Shown: positions 1-13,574 of the stretch, piece after piece
Layout: every line of letters starts with the position of its first letter
Numbering within the stretch: the stretch's first letter is position 1
DNA from: Antedon mediterranea
Taxonomy: Eukaryota; Animalia; Echinodermata
Assembly: GCF_964355755.1 (NCBI RefSeq)
Contig: NC_092676.1
Coordinates: 21,656,871-21,720,870, forward strand
Length of the DNA: 64,000 bases
Reading direction: 5' to 3'
Translations under genes and position numbers: made by a program
The notes under the pieces: model-generated
The model's input: the letters and a program-made list of their open reading frames with translations, nothing else
Told to the model about the DNA's origin: nothing
Databases searched by the model: none

Positions 1-1290
1 ATCGGTAAAGGAAGGCAGTTCCAGACCAATCATTTTACCAGCCCGACGGATGAAAGTTTCAAGGCGTCCTTTATTCCCTCCGGTAACATTACCAGCCCAA
101 CAGGAGAGGCAATACGTCCAAACACTACATATAACGGATCTATAGAACGAAAGTAACATCAAATCACAGGAGTTAAATTTATATAAAGTTCTCATACAAT
201 ACATTCTGGGACTTAATTTTTTGCTGATGAAGTCTATATGGTCTCCCCAACTCAGTTTATCATTGAAAACAATTCCTAGATACTTGTACTGGTCAACAAT
301 TTCAATTTCTTTACCTTTGATAGTGATTGGTTGAAAATCAATGATCATCTCCTTTGTTTTTGATGCATTTATTTGGAGATAATTATCGTCACAAAATTTA
401 ACAAATCTTTGTATTTCGCTACGATAATTTTCATCATTGTTTGAAACTATGAGACCAATAGTACTAGTACTAGTAGATTGAAAATCAAAATACATAATAC
501 GTGCCGAGTGGCCTTTCTTTACATTATCTAGATGTGAATACAATTTATGTAATAGTACTAGTGTCATCAGCGAATTTAACAACGGGGCAAAGCTCATCAT
601 TTAAAGATCTGTAATCCGCCGTATACAAGGAATATAATTTAGGTGCGTTGACAGTACCCTGAGGAACACCGGTGTCAGAGGTTACGATTTCTGACTTAAC
701 ACCATTAATATTAACAAATTGTTTTCTATCACAAATGAAATTTAAAACTAAACGAACAATCGGACGGGGAAACTCCATATTCAACATTTTGTCTGCTAAG
801 ATATGGGGTTGTATGGTATTAAACGCAGATTGAAAATCAAAATACATAATACGTGCCGAGTGGCCTTTCTTTACATTATCTAGATGTGAATACAATTTAT
901 GTAATTTAAAATAAATCGCATCACTGGTACTACGGAGTGATCGGTAAGCAAATTGCAACGGGTCTAACACTTTTTCAGCATAAGGTTGCATAATTTTTAA
1001 AATAATACGTTCCAATATTTTCATCGCGACAGACGTGAGTGCAACGGGTCTCAAATCATTCATGCTGTTAATCTTAGGTTTCTTAGGTACCGGTATTATG
1101 CATGAAAGTTTCCAAATATCCGGGAACGCATGATAAGAAAGACACATATTGAAAATAAATGTAAATATACCATCAAGGTGAGGAGAGCAGACCTTAAGTA
1201 CTCGTGGTGGGATTCTATCCGGCCCAGCAGCCTTCGATGAATTGAGTTTCATTTCTTCAACTATCGTTTTTGCAAGTCTAGCGCTCAAAA
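1..1290 (-). mobile_element. Non-LTR retrotransposon (LINE, Rex1/Babar-like) ORF2 reverse transcriptase fragment, disrupted
   Basis: ORF 545-1288 has KAAGPD, LRPVALTS, LDPLQFAY, YFDFQSAFNTI, GVPQG and KFADD. The RT continues below 470 (KTKEMIIDF, YKYLGI) after a 79-bp insertion. Confidence 0.9.
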
Positions 1291-2221
1291 CGGCCGCGCC
1301 TAGCTTTTTGAATGTTTCATCAAATCAAACTCTAAAACTGATTGCTTGTCTTTTGCTTTATTTCTAAACTGTGTGTCGTTCAAAAACTACAATAAAAGAC
1401 AAAGGTAATAATTAAAATCCAGCAATTATCCATCCACAATGACGCCCTCTATAATCTAATAGCAAATCACTAAAGCCTGTTTTCCTGTCGACGTTGAGTT
1501 TAAAATCGTTAAAGTTGAAAATAAAATAGCGCTGACGATGATCGAGTCGGACCGCTAATTTTTACACATTTTTACGCGATCGTTCATAGTTTCTTGGTTC
1601 TCTCGAGCGTTGCTGGGACACGCGGACGTGAAGTGTTGCAAAACTAAGGCCGGCCACACGCAGCCGGGACCGCGTGAAAATTGAAAAAGTTACGGGTTTT
1701 GATGCTTTAACCCAGCCTAGGACATGCTTTCGTTGATATCTTAATCTAGGCTTACACTAAAGACAAACATTAAATTTAATTGGTTTATTATTATTAACTC
1801 CATTACTGTATCTCGTAATCATTCTAAACTTCAACTTCAGAACTTACGGTCTGGCATCTTAAAAAATCAATCTTATCTTTGATGATTACATATAACTTTG
1901 TTCTCTTTCAACTATATCCTAACTCTTTTCGTCGACTCGCCTCCAACATAAAACTGAGGGTGCACTAACAATTTCGAACAACGAAACAGTTTGTAAGCAT
2001 TTTTCTTCTGCCACACACTCATTTGTGTAGTCTAACTTAACTAGACCTAGTATAGTTGTTTGAAACTTTATTTCATTCTCAGTGAAACAATGAATACTGT
2101 ATTTAAAAGTTCCAACTACAGTACAGTTGGTTTCTATATTATCATTACAGCCAATGGTAACAGAGCAGCATCATTGGCAATCATGCATGAACATTTGTGT
2201 GAAAACACTAATTATAAAATT

Positions 2222-3815
2222 TGTTAAATGAAGTACAAATATATACTTACTACTCTATCTAGCCTAGGGCCTAGCCTATACATGTCCTCAACATGTACAG
2301 TAATATCAGAAAGTTCGGGAACATGTTGAACCGCGATTTCTGGCAAATTCGTATCACTGCTTGAGTTAAACAGGACATGTACGCAAGCGACCACGCTCTG
2401 ATCACTACAACAATTATACACATGTGATGAGTGAAAGTTCCTATCCACTAGCCTAACAATGCTTAGGTAATACTTCATACTTATACAAGCAAGTCACAAG
2501 TTTATATTAAACTCACCAATATCCAAACATTAGTCATTAATAACTTTAAAAACTATATTTTTTATCAATTTTCTTTGGACAAATCCGAACACGGTGTGCT
2601 CCATCTTCAACTTCGAAGACAAGAGGCAGTTTCAACTTTAGAGGGCACGCTTTACAAAGTCAATATGTCTGGGACAAAACATCCCGGCCCTCTTAATGCG
2701 AGTAAAACAATGAGCATTAACAAATAAAATTCAACATAACTAAGTATCATAAATGTAAATATAATTACTTGAGATAAGTAAGTTAGGAGATCCTAACTAG
2801 TCACTGGCTTCTAAAATAAGAATAAGCTTAGCGATAGGTCTAACTAATGTAGACGACTTTGTCCTCAGTTGGACCGACCTTACTACATTCTTATCCTTGT
2901 GGACTGATTCTACTCTGGCCATTGGCCAACTACCCCTGGGGGAGTTTTCCATTATCAAAACAACATCACCGACAGCAATATTCCTCTTACATTGTATCCA
3001 ACGCTGCCTTTCTTGAAGTGTGGTAAGATACTCGTTCGCCCACCTCTTCCAAAAAAGCATCCGCTCCCAAATTCCTCCATAGTGAGATGCAGCAGGTGGA
3101 TTAAATTGCCAATTTATTCCCTTCTTTAGCATATATTTCTTTGGATCTTGTCTACATCAAGTTCTTTAAGGGACTTCTGCAATTCCCTTTGTGCTCCAAC
3201 TATATTAGTCCCGTTATCGGACCTTATTGTTTGAGCGGGTCCTCTTCGAGAGATGAATCGTCTAATCGCATGGATACATGAGTTTGTTTTCAGTGAACAT
3301 GCAACTTCTAAATGCACAGACCTAGTCTTGAGGCAAGTAAATACGACACCGTAACGTTTCTGTGTTGCTCGACCTCGCTTTATTTCAAAGGGACCAAAAT
3401 AGTCCATTCCCGTGCAGCAAAAGGGACGTTCACCTACAGTGATTCATTGCTCGGGTAGATCAGCCATCTTTTGACTCTCTGGTTTCCGATGATACTTTCT
3501 ACATGTAACACACTTTGAAACGAGTCGTCTTGCTGCCGACGGCAGGTTTGTTATCCAATACCTCTTTCTTACAGCACAAACTAGATGATTTCTACCACAG
3601 TGACCATAAATCTGATGTGCCTCAGTCATTATAAGGGTTGCAATATGGTGATTTCTAGGTACAATAACTGGGTGTTTAACAGTTCTCGGTTGATTTGACC
3701 GTCGCAGGAGACCTCCAACTCGTAATACTCCTTCATCGATAAATGGATCTAGTCTACCAATATTACTAGATTTCTTCAACTGTTTATTTTCCTTAATAGA
3801 AGTTATTTCATCAAG
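2222..3815 (-). mobile_element. BEL/Pao LTR retrotransposon 3' remnant (integrase, C-terminal domain, PPT, 3' LTR)
   Basis: Split ORFs 3444-3815, 3126-3407 and 2797-3132 contain LDPFIDEGVLRVGG, H..GH..C..C, DYFGP, SDNGTN, GGIWER and LVRPIAKL. A purine tract AAGAGGGCCGGGA is followed by TGTTTTG at ~2681 on the minus strand. The far LTR end (~2222) is a guess. Confidence 0.85.
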
Positions 3816-4219
3816 GGAGCTTCTACTTTGGGTCCCTCTATGGAAAGCCTTCTTTTTTGGGGGGCTTCCTCTAGCTTCTGGAACCGACACCTTTTCGGGA
3901 TTAATAAATCGATCGACCGCTTCCATGTCAACATCAAAGTTACCTGTGTTTGTGTAGACCTGAAAGATCATATATAGAGCAATAATTAATAAAGAACGTT
4001 CATATATTATTGTTGAATTGATAATATGGCAAGCCTCAGCTGTCTGAAGTATTCGAAATATTATATTATTATATCATATCATATCTTTGACTTGTCAGCT
4101 AGGCGAAGCATCTTCGTTTTTGTTTCAGCATGCATTACGAAAACCGTTGTGTTCGGTTCTGTGGCTAACAGTGTTATCGCTGCTGGTGAGGTAATGTTGT
4201 TTATGTAGCAAGATATAAC

Positions 4220-5020
4220 ACTATGGTCGTTATCGTTACTTTGCTGTAATTCTTCCAAATCTGAATTATAATTTTCCTTAGTACGTCTCTGACCAGTAAC
4301 ACATGGATCATCCTTGAATTCATCATTAGTAACCAAGCAATATCTGCACCAATATGGAGTATTACTGACATTTTCAACTTCCACTGATGAAATTTGATCC
4401 TAAATTATCACCAGCTATAAAACAAACAGCACCTTGTACTTACTCTTCATTTTCCAAAATGTCAATACAATTAAATTCCAAGTCACAATCTTCAATAAGA
4501 GGTTTACCGGTAAATATTTTGTCTTGACCAACATATTTGAAATCACTCTCAATACACAAGAGGACTAAAACCATTTGATCTACATTAGACCTAAGATGTG
4601 GTCGGAAATTGGCCAATGTCAAATAAACTCCAAGAATGTTATGTATATTTTCTTGCTCGATCCAATAGGATTACACACTTCAAATGCATTTTGGTAGACA
4701 ATCAATTTAAGGGCATATGGGTGTTCATTGAAAAAGAAAACATTAGTCCATCAGTAACATCATGGAATAAATTATCTGGTTCCTTGCTATGCATTTGGTA
4801 ACCATGATAAGTAGGGAACATGGTAGTTTGGTACTCATCTCGTACAGACTTATTTTGGAACAAACATTGTAAAGATTCTTTAATTGGAACATATTGAAAG
4901 GTTCGTTCTTTGCTCTGGATTCATTTCTACCTAATTTCATTGCTACTGGACTTACATATTGAAATAGCTTTATAGGTTGATCTACGAGCATTTTTTGATC
5001 TAAGAGGTCCAGTGCCACAA
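4220..5020 (-). pseudogene. Degenerate EnSpm/CACTA-like (CMC) transposase fragment
   Basis: Across frameshifts it reads LKLIVYQNAFEVCNPIGS..TLANFRPHLRSNVDQMVLVLLC..YWCRYCLV..RTKENY, matching the motif order I recall for animal EnSpm-like transposases. Confidence 0.6.
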
Positions 5021-5121
5021 TTTACTAACAAATCAGGTGATTCAATTTCATCAATCAATTGCTTTGCCTTGTCTTCTAGAATAGAAAAGTCACCAGTCAA
5101 CCTATTGTATATCAGTGTTTT

Positions 5122-5430
5122 CATCAAAAATGTACGTATAATACCATAGTTGGCGTGTTTCAGTTACCGCATGTTATTTAAATGTGCTCATTTACATACC
5201 GCGTGTTAGCATGTGCTCTTCGGTAGGGTACGCTGTTCGTGATCTGTTGTTCTCATTTCTCTGGTGGGTGTTTTAACGTTTATTTGGTAAGTAAACATTT
5301 ATCTTTAATTGAAGTTGTTATAATAATAGAAATAAGCTACTGTATTACTTTTAATGTTAAACTAGGCTACAGTCAATACTACGATGTTATAGACTACGGT
5401 GTCGGGTTAACTGATCATTTGGAGAGGTTT
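5122..5430. repeat. Dispersed direct repeat, copy 1 (copy 2 at ~10522-10882)
   Basis: Near-identical text in both places (tacgtataataccatagtt...ctacggtgtcgggttaactgatcattt). Both give the same spurious peptide SKHLSLIEVVIIIEISYC. Confidence 0.85.
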
Positions 5431-5716
5431 GGTCGCAATGCAATGCATTTCGGTCGCCATACCGCTTTTCCACCATGTAAATAGCTATTAAATTGTATTG
5501 AGTATATTGATAACAATTTATACGGTAGTCAATCCGGGGTGAGCGAGTTTTTGTAGGCCTACATAGATTCTTTTACTATGCCTGGAACAAGGAGTTGTTA
5601 ATTCCCCGGGTACTGTACAATACACTTTTATATTGATACGGTTAGGACTCGAATTCGGCCTTTTTACCATTACCTGTGCTGTAGGCCTGAGTTTTGTTAA
5701 TTTTTGAATAATTATA

Positions 5717-7163
5717 GGGGATGGCGGGGCAGGATGGGACATATTTTTTCAAATCACTTTATTTCATTTTGTCAACAATAATTCTGCTGTTAAAGTTGAT
5801 AATACTAACGGTGGTATCTGTGAGAGTTTATATTGAACATATTTTATGTATCACAGCTTTATTTTATATTTTATGAGCGATCATAAAAATATCTTTTTGT
5901 CCCATCGTGCCCCACCCTCCGGGGCAAGATGGGACAGCTAAATTAATCTACACACTGAAGTGTCTAACATGCTATTTATCAAGTTACAGTCATGTATTAG
6001 CAAAATAAAAGAGGTCGCACATGTGTCGTTTATTTTGAAAACACTCACATTTATTTATACTTTAAGACCAAGATGGTTTCAAAGGTACACCTCATAAAAT
6101 CTATGACAATTTAATAATAAATTATATAGGCCTACTAATGATGTGACTTTGAAATGCAAAAGTAAATAAAAATCAAAGCAAGTTGTGATTATAGTTTTAT
6201 TCGTGGTTATACCATTGCTTTCTCAAAACACACACATATCACATGTGTAGTCCTCTTCAATGCCGTCTAAATGTGCACAAGCCTCATGGCACCACTGTTT
6301 ACACGATCTACACATAATCCAATCCTCTGTTAGACGCTCCTGGTATTTTTCCCTATAAAAAAATGAACAGGTATTCTTCATTAATAATTGATTGAGTTTT
6401 TGATAGGGCAATTGCCTTTCCTTTAGTCGGATTGGCTCTACGATTTAACGGCTTCAACTGCCCTCTCCTTATTGGACTTATCCCAGCTAAAACGATTTTA
6501 TTTACACTTATAGTTGCGCACCATCCTGGAGCCTATACAAAAAAAAATTTTGATGAATATAATATGGTTATGGAAATTTAATTTAACTAATGCTTGACTG
6601 CATACTGGGTTACATGTAGGCCTATGGGATAGGCCTATTACTTTAAGAAAAACAATTAAATGTAATATAAGATATGTAGTCATGTCTTTAAAATCCTCTA
6701 AATTCCAATGTAATATTACTTGGGGCATGATGGGACACCGTCCCATGCTGCCCCAAGTAGTGTCCCATGCTGCCCCAAGTAGTGTCCCATGCTGCCCCAC
6801 CAACAGTAATAGTTTACCAAAGTGAATGCTATGTGTTTATCCATGCATGACTGACCAATGTCCATTTGGATGAATACGTAGTATCTCGCCTTTCTAAAAA
6901 AACATTAATTTTGAATGAATATGACCAGTTAAAGACTTTCAGTTGGTGGTTAAAACTTACCTGGCCAAAATTGTGTAGTTCGCTAAATCAGTTATTGTTA
7001 AAAAACTAAAGAATTACTTGTTTTTTCTCGCTGAAATTTTCTCAACACGTATATTATGAAGACTGTAATAAAGCATGTAGAACTAACCCCCTCTACTCTG
7101 TTAGCCTTCAAAATACAGCCATGTCCCATCCTGCCCCTTGTCCCATCATGCCCCACCTTCCCC
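5717..7163 (-). mobile_element. Internally deleted Tc1/mariner-pogo-like DNA transposon retaining a C-terminal PHD finger
   Basis: Imperfect TIRs GGGGATGGCGGGGCAGGATGGGACA / TGTCCCATCATGCCCCACCTTCCCC are flanked by TA on both sides. The GGGGCAnGATGGGACA motif recurs internally (~5900, 6721-6800). ORF 6223-6411 ends WIMCRSCKQWCHEAC..YTCDMC. Confidence 0.8.
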
Positions 7164-7957
7164 TAGTTGATCAAAACGATCCATCATTTTCTTCATTTCT
7201 TCTATCGATCTCCCAATTGTCAATCGAAATTCTTCCCAAACTTGTAAAAGAAACGGTGATCCGAAGAGAGTTTCTTTAGAATTTCTTTAAAGTTTCTTAT
7301 AGACTTTCTAAAGCTTTTTCTATACAGTTATTAACATTTCTCTATACAGTTCGGAGCAATTCTATAATAAATCGACTTTTCGATAGATTTCGTATTAGAA
7401 CCTTTATAGATATTTCATAGAAATATCGATAAAGGTTTTATAGATTTAACTTCTGACCAATTGTTAATATTTGGTTTAGATAGAAATTATATACAAATGA
7501 AAAGAAACACATGCGTTTATGAGTTTTATTGGATGAATCAATAGGACAATGTACACACTTACACAATTAATTATTGTGTAGGACTATACAAAATATATTT
7601 AGAAATTTCTCTTTCACTTAATTAGAATGAAGAATTCAATCTATAGGCTTATGCCTAATTATATTCATTTACCAAATTTACAGTCTCGATACCATACATA
7701 AAATAAACAGGATAATGACAGGATATTTTGAAGACAATGTCAAAATAAGATTACAGATATATTACACACAAAATCATAACACATACACATTACGCTTATA
7801 TACTTTATTTAAACCGTCATCAACGAAAGTTCCATTTCATTCTGATCAACAAATATATGACGGGATTCAAACTCGCATACAGGACGGGTATTAATGGACC
7901 ACAGGAAAACACACCAGATACCTTTCTTCACATTTAATGTGAGATTATTGGACTTAC

Positions 7958-8160
7958 CAACTATAGCACTAATTTTTGCGGGGTCTAAACTTTCCTTTTC
8001 AGTACTATTTTTTAAAGCGTTTGACTTCCGTCCTGTAAGGCTCTTTCCCATTAGCTCTTGTATGTCTGGATAAACCAATGCGAGTAACTTTCTTGCATAA
8101 GTTGTTCCAGTTTTCACATTTGCTATGGGAATTAATTTAGCCCTTTCCACTAGGACACAT
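7958..8160 (-). pseudogene. BEN-domain exon (relic of an element-borne or viral gene)
   Basis: TTYARKLLALVYPDIQELMGKSLTGRKS..KESLDPAKISAI fits the BEN consensus. It is bounded by a pyrimidine-rich AG acceptor (~8161) and a GTAAGT donor (~7957). Confidence 0.7.
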
Positions 8161-8629
8161 CTGTCGAATAAAAAAAAAATTAATAACAAACAGTAATGTT
8201 TACACTACAATAAACATTTCAAATTAGGGGCCTTATCATTTCCTATTTGTCGTTATTAATCATGATTAGTTCAATCCAAAAGTTTTATCGAAGCACATCA
8301 CGTACTGATAACATTGATTCAAATCAAATGTAATTAATGTAATTATTTAATAAGTGTCTTAAAAGTGTATAATAATACGACAAAAACGAAGAATCACAAG
8401 CAAGGATAAATGTTAATACACATCACATTTGTATCAAGAACGGGTTGGATTATTTGTATAATAATTTTATTAAAAGAATTAGCCTACTGTCATAATGGAA
8501 TGTAATACCGATGGTAGGCTCTCTGAAAGTAGGGCTTGTCATGATGCGACACATGCGAGTAAGTATTTTGGGGTACATGCGTGTGTGTGGGTAAGATAAT
8601 GAAAACAAAAACAGCTCAAACTTATAGTA

Positions 8630-8990
8630 TACTATCACTATCACTGCTGCTATACTAATAATGATGTCACTATCACTACTCCTATCACTACGGTACTTAC
8701 TATAATAGGCATATCATTTGTATTTGGAGACATTTGATCTTCACTAGGCCAACTACTACTATCACTATCACTGTCAATACTAATAATGATGTCACTATCA
8801 CTACTCCTATCACTACGTACTATGATAGGCATATCATTTGTATTTGGAGACAACATTTGATTTTCACTAGGCCAACTACTATACTATCACTGCTGCTACT
8901 AATAATGATGTCACTATCACTACTTATATCACTACTTATTATGATAGGCATATCATTTGTATTTGAAGACAACATTTGGTCGTCACTAGT
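8630..8990. repeat. Tandem repeat, about 3 units of ~117-120 bp
   Basis: ataggcatatcatttgtatttggagaca recurs at ~8705, 8826 and 8945. It encodes SDSDSSSWPSEDQMSPNTNDMPIIV on the minus strand. Confidence 0.8.
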
Positions 8991-10521
8991 AGGCCTATTT
9001 AATTCATGATTAAAATGACAATAATTAATATCAGCTGATTTGTTTTATCTAATTCGTGTAAATTACAAGTTGGGTTAACATTAGCGTTTCTTCTGACATA
9101 AGGACGCGCCCTGTTTCTAGGCCTAGCCCTTCTATTCCTCACCTGGAGGAACCTAGCGTACTTAGCGGCGGGATACTCATTTGATCTCACCGCATTCTGG
9201 GCTTCTTCTAAAGAAGCATTATATCTTCTTTTAAATATCAACTTTGCCATAGCAGATGACGTAAGTATAGCAAACGTGATAGGAAATAGATGTATAGTAT
9301 TTCCAAACTGAAATCACTGTTCATCGATTGAAAGAATTTTTCATTCTGACTTAAATTTGGAATAGTCGTTAGTTATTTTCGAATATTTGATGACGTAACA
9401 ATGGTTGCCCTGTTCTATTGTAAGCGCGGTGAGCACACGAACTAGCCAATTGAATACCACTATTTAATACTAGCTCTTGGAAACTATACTCTCTTTAAAT
9501 GCGCGCACTACACAGCGTCATCTCTCTGTATACATCACCGATTTTATATACCGGTATTCATTTTCCATGCATAAGCTTGCGACATTGAATGGGTTTCAAA
9601 TGTTTACTCAAATCTGCTTCACTGATGTACTGCAAATCCTCAACACATTCAACCCCACAATCTCTTAATTTCTGGACAACAGGAGCTCCTTTGACAATGT
9701 TGTCAACACCAACTGTATGCGTTTTTCCAGATCCATCTTTGTAGGCAGATTACGAGTTAGGAAGTTATTATTATTAATTATTATTGATGAATTGTGTTCC
9801 AAAAATATATAAATATATTTCTCATCAATGATACACCAGAGGAAAACAAAACATCAGCTCGTACACATTGCATTGAGTCGATGCACATGAAAGTATTTTC
9901 TTTCTTTTAAATTTACATTTAGTGTTAGCTATCTCTATAACTTGCCTGTATCATCAACACAAATATTCCACAAAATGTCCATTTCTATTTACATGTACAT
10001 TTATTAAAATCTTTAATAAATATAGATTAAAAATATATATAAATAAACCCTAAAACAAGCTCTTTCCAGAAATATAATTCTTATTCACATGGGTACATAA
10101 GAAATATTATATTTTTAACTTCAAAGACACGTCACTTTTTGTAATTTGGGGACATTTTATGAACGTGTTCGATTTGCCGTAACGAAAATCCGCTTCATTT
10201 GGGATACCTATACTAGTACCTAGTACGAGCCTATATATTATTAATTATTATTTATTTATAGTCTAATAAGGCCTAGCCTATCTAGGCTAATTATGGTTTT
10301 TTCCAACAATTCCACGTCTTGTAGGGATGTCCCCATTAATTAATCAAAATCCTAAAAACGATCTAAAGCTAATTTAAATGCCTGCAGACAGTCAGTCAAG
10401 TTGCATTATGTGTAGTCTTTAGGAATAAACTAGCCGTTGATCACGTTTCAATGTAGTTTAAAACTGTTTTGTGGTGCTGTATCTGCTTTAAATAGCCCGA
10501 ACTCATTATTTTGTTTTTTTC

Positions 10522-10882
10522 GTCAAAAAATTTACGTATAATACCATAGTTTGCGTGTTTCAGTTACCGAATGTTATTTAAATGTGGTATTATTATTAAT
10601 ATTACCGCGTGTTAACAGGTGATCTTCGGTAGACGCTGTTCGTGATCTGTTCTCATTTCTCTAATGGGTGTGCGTAGATATATCCAATGGTGTGTAACAG
10701 CATTAAGTGAAACATTTTAAATGTTGCAACGTTTATTCGGCAAGTAAACATTTATCTTTAATTGAAGTTGTTATAATAATAGAAATAAGCTACTGTATTA
10801 CTTTTAATGTTAAACTAGGCTACAGTCAATACTACGATGTTATAGACTACGGTGTCGGGTTAACTGATCATTTCGAGAGGTT
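10522..10882. repeat. Dispersed direct repeat, copy 2 of 5122-5430
   Basis: Direct sequence identity, with one extra internal segment. Confidence 0.85.
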
Positions 10883-11329
10883 ACCAACAGCGAATCATCG
10901 CTACTAACAAAATCTGAATAATATATAAAACATGCAGGTAAAAATCTTAGTGTAATAAACTACTTACTATATATACTACTAAACTAGGCCAACTACTATG
11001 CCATGAGTATATATGTATATATTTATTTATTGGTATACCTCCATGCTCTAACCCTTCAGTATAGCACCATATGTGCAATACTGTACCAAACAAAGGCAAG
11101 ATAATATATTTTAATTATAATGTCCAGAAATTGAAAATTCAACCGCCTAAGGCTACCGCAGCACTCGAACGAAAGCCCATGGCGATATGCAATTACAATG
11201 GACTCGTCTATTGTTAGAATTAAGTGAGGGATGGAGCACAGTCATTTCAGCTAAATTTACAGGTCTGTGATATGGTAAGTTGTAAAAACATTTAAATATA
11301 TTTATTTGTTGAACATTTTTATTTTATGA

Positions 11330-12215
11330 CTTATGATGTACGAACAATGGATTATGATTTACGACTAACTGTACACATTGAAAATAAAAAAAATGTTTCA
11401 TTGTGGCTGTAGTAGCCTAATTTGATTGCTATGTGCAATTTGATATTTAAAAAAAAAAAAATTAAAGTAGTCCCTATTAGCTACATATCCTGCTGCCCTC
11501 CAACGTTGGTTTATGATTATTTATTTTATTCGCTTAATTCTGAAAATTATTCCAGCCGGCGAAAAAAAAAATCATTTTGCCAAAGTTTACATTAATATTT
11601 TAAAAATGAAACATTGGAACGTATTAAAACGTTTTGTTTCTGTTGCTTAGGTACTGTACTGTATTTAGATTTAAGTATCGACGCTATTGTGTGAATGGAC
11701 TAATCCGATAAGTTAAGTCCAAACGACCTCATCCTTCAAGGATAGTATCGCACTAAAGCAGGAGGCAGTAACGAACAAAAGCTTAATCTTTATTTAGATA
11801 ACAATGCAGTGGAAGAAGTACTGTTTTCGATAATAAAAGCCTTTGTGTGAAAAGATTTCGAATCATTCCCTCGTCGAAGTCCATGATAACAGCATGGAGG
11901 TAAACATGGTAAATTGTGCTGTACACAAGTATGAATCCAAACGGAGCAGTTGGGATACAAATGTTGTACCTACAAGTACAGGCAGTACATGTACAAGGTA
12001 AGTAGGCTACTTTGTTATCACTCCGGTCGCCATTCATTCCGTTCGGCCGCCGTGATATACGTTACTAACTACATTTTTTTTTTTGTGAATGTTTATTTGG
12101 TAAAAATATTCTTCATTAGCCTAGTCACTGCAAATTTATGTTTTTCTTTTTGAATATTGAGGTCAAATTTTGTTTTTCAAATAGGGGTTTTATTCAGCAA
12201 TCAATGAATGGGCAT
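11330..12215. repeat. Local segmental duplication, copy 1 (copy 2 at ~13575-14665)
   Basis: Collinear similarity, e.g. gtactgtactgtatttagatttaagtatcgacgc and catgtacaaggtaagtaggctac in both. 11056-11235 is also repeated at 12318-12480. Confidence 0.85.
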
Positions 12216-12569
12216 GATGGTTAGTACCTAGAAAAATAACAAAACGATAAATAATTGTATAATAAAGTAAACCCTTTTCCAATCTTTAAATCATATATAT
12301 ATTTGCTTTGTGGATTTTCAGTATAGCACCATATGTACAATATTGTACCAGCAAAAGTCAGACATTATAGGTCCGGATATTGGTAATTAAATCGCCCAAG
12401 GCTGCCACCGCACCAGAACAAAGCCTTAGGTCTATGCACTTAAAATGGACTCGTCTATTGTATGGAATTGGGGGTGGAGGACTGAGGACAAACTTACAAT
12501 GCTACTTATTTATTTCTGTGTTATCATTTTTAGTTACTGATAACCACATTCTGCATTATCAGGATGATC

Positions 12570-12940
12570 GCGTTTTCGTAGTAATCAACCTCTTTAATTA
12601 TCTGCTGTATATCGCTGGACTTTTCAATTAACTTGAACCATTGTCTTTTTGGAAAATTTACATCCCTTTTCCCAGACTTGAACTTGCCCCTTTCTTCAGA
12701 TTGGGCCTAATACACACACGAACAGTTATTTTTTCCAACGGCATACTATATCGTGAACTTTATCAGAGAGTGGTATTCGAACAGCTTCCACTTTGTTGTA
12801 ATCAGTTTATGAATCTTCTGTAACTGGAGTATTAATTCAACTTTATTGAAAGTTTTTGCCACAATAAATGTATACATTGGGGGCCAGGCTTGAAGGCCCT
12901 TCTTCCCCCGTTTGACCTGCATAATGTAAATGATTATCAT
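12570..12940 (-). pseudogene. Degenerate PC4/p15-like ssDNA-binding protein fragment
   Basis: Manual translation across stops gives RIPLSDKVHDIVCRWKK*LFVCIR...GKRDVNFPKRQWFKLIEKSSDI, resembling the PC4 pattern (PGKKGISL..EQW..L...I). Confidence 0.45.
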
Positions 12941-12994
12941 GATGGTAATCGCCGTCTTTAGAAAACGTATACACTACTGTAAAACGATTGGTCA

Positions 12995-13560
12995 AACACA
13001 TAAATATTGTCATTATATTTGTACTTTTTAAATACATAATCGCAGAAATCTACGTATGCAGACGTACGTGAAAAGTCATTTTTTTTCCCCCATACACGTC
13101 ACACTCGGAATCATTAGCACCATCGATACAATAAAGACACGTTTTCTGAAGAACGCATACATTTGGTTTTTGCTCGCCAGTTTCTTGCGTACATTCGAAA
13201 TCGAAAAAGAAATATTTAGTGACAGCCCTTTTTTCAGTATGCTTAGGGGCTACAACCAGTTCTATGTAGCATTGATGATCGTATCAAACGAAAGTCTTAC
13301 AAATTCAACAAAAACGATTTTGACAATTGTGATCTTTTTGAACGATCATATTATTACAATTTGAACAATTTTTATTTTTGTCACATACTGAAACTTTTTT
13401 TAGAAACAGGAGATTTTTTTTATGATTGGCGAAACATTGCAGGTGTTTAAAAATCTATTGCACTCTTTACACTTTATTGTTGAAATGAGATCGTAATGAT
13501 TATCATGATGGTAAAGATAAATCAGTTTCTTACGATAATCGCCGCTAAAAATTACAGAAT
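12995..13560 (-). pseudogene. Polinton/Maverick-type pPolB N-terminal and ExoI fragments
   Basis: LIYLYHHDNHYDLI (13400-13594 ORF). Manual translation near 13280-13150 gives HQCYI...YFFFDFECTQETGEQKPNICV. Confidence 0.75.
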
Positions 13561-13574
13561 TATAATGTAATAAC

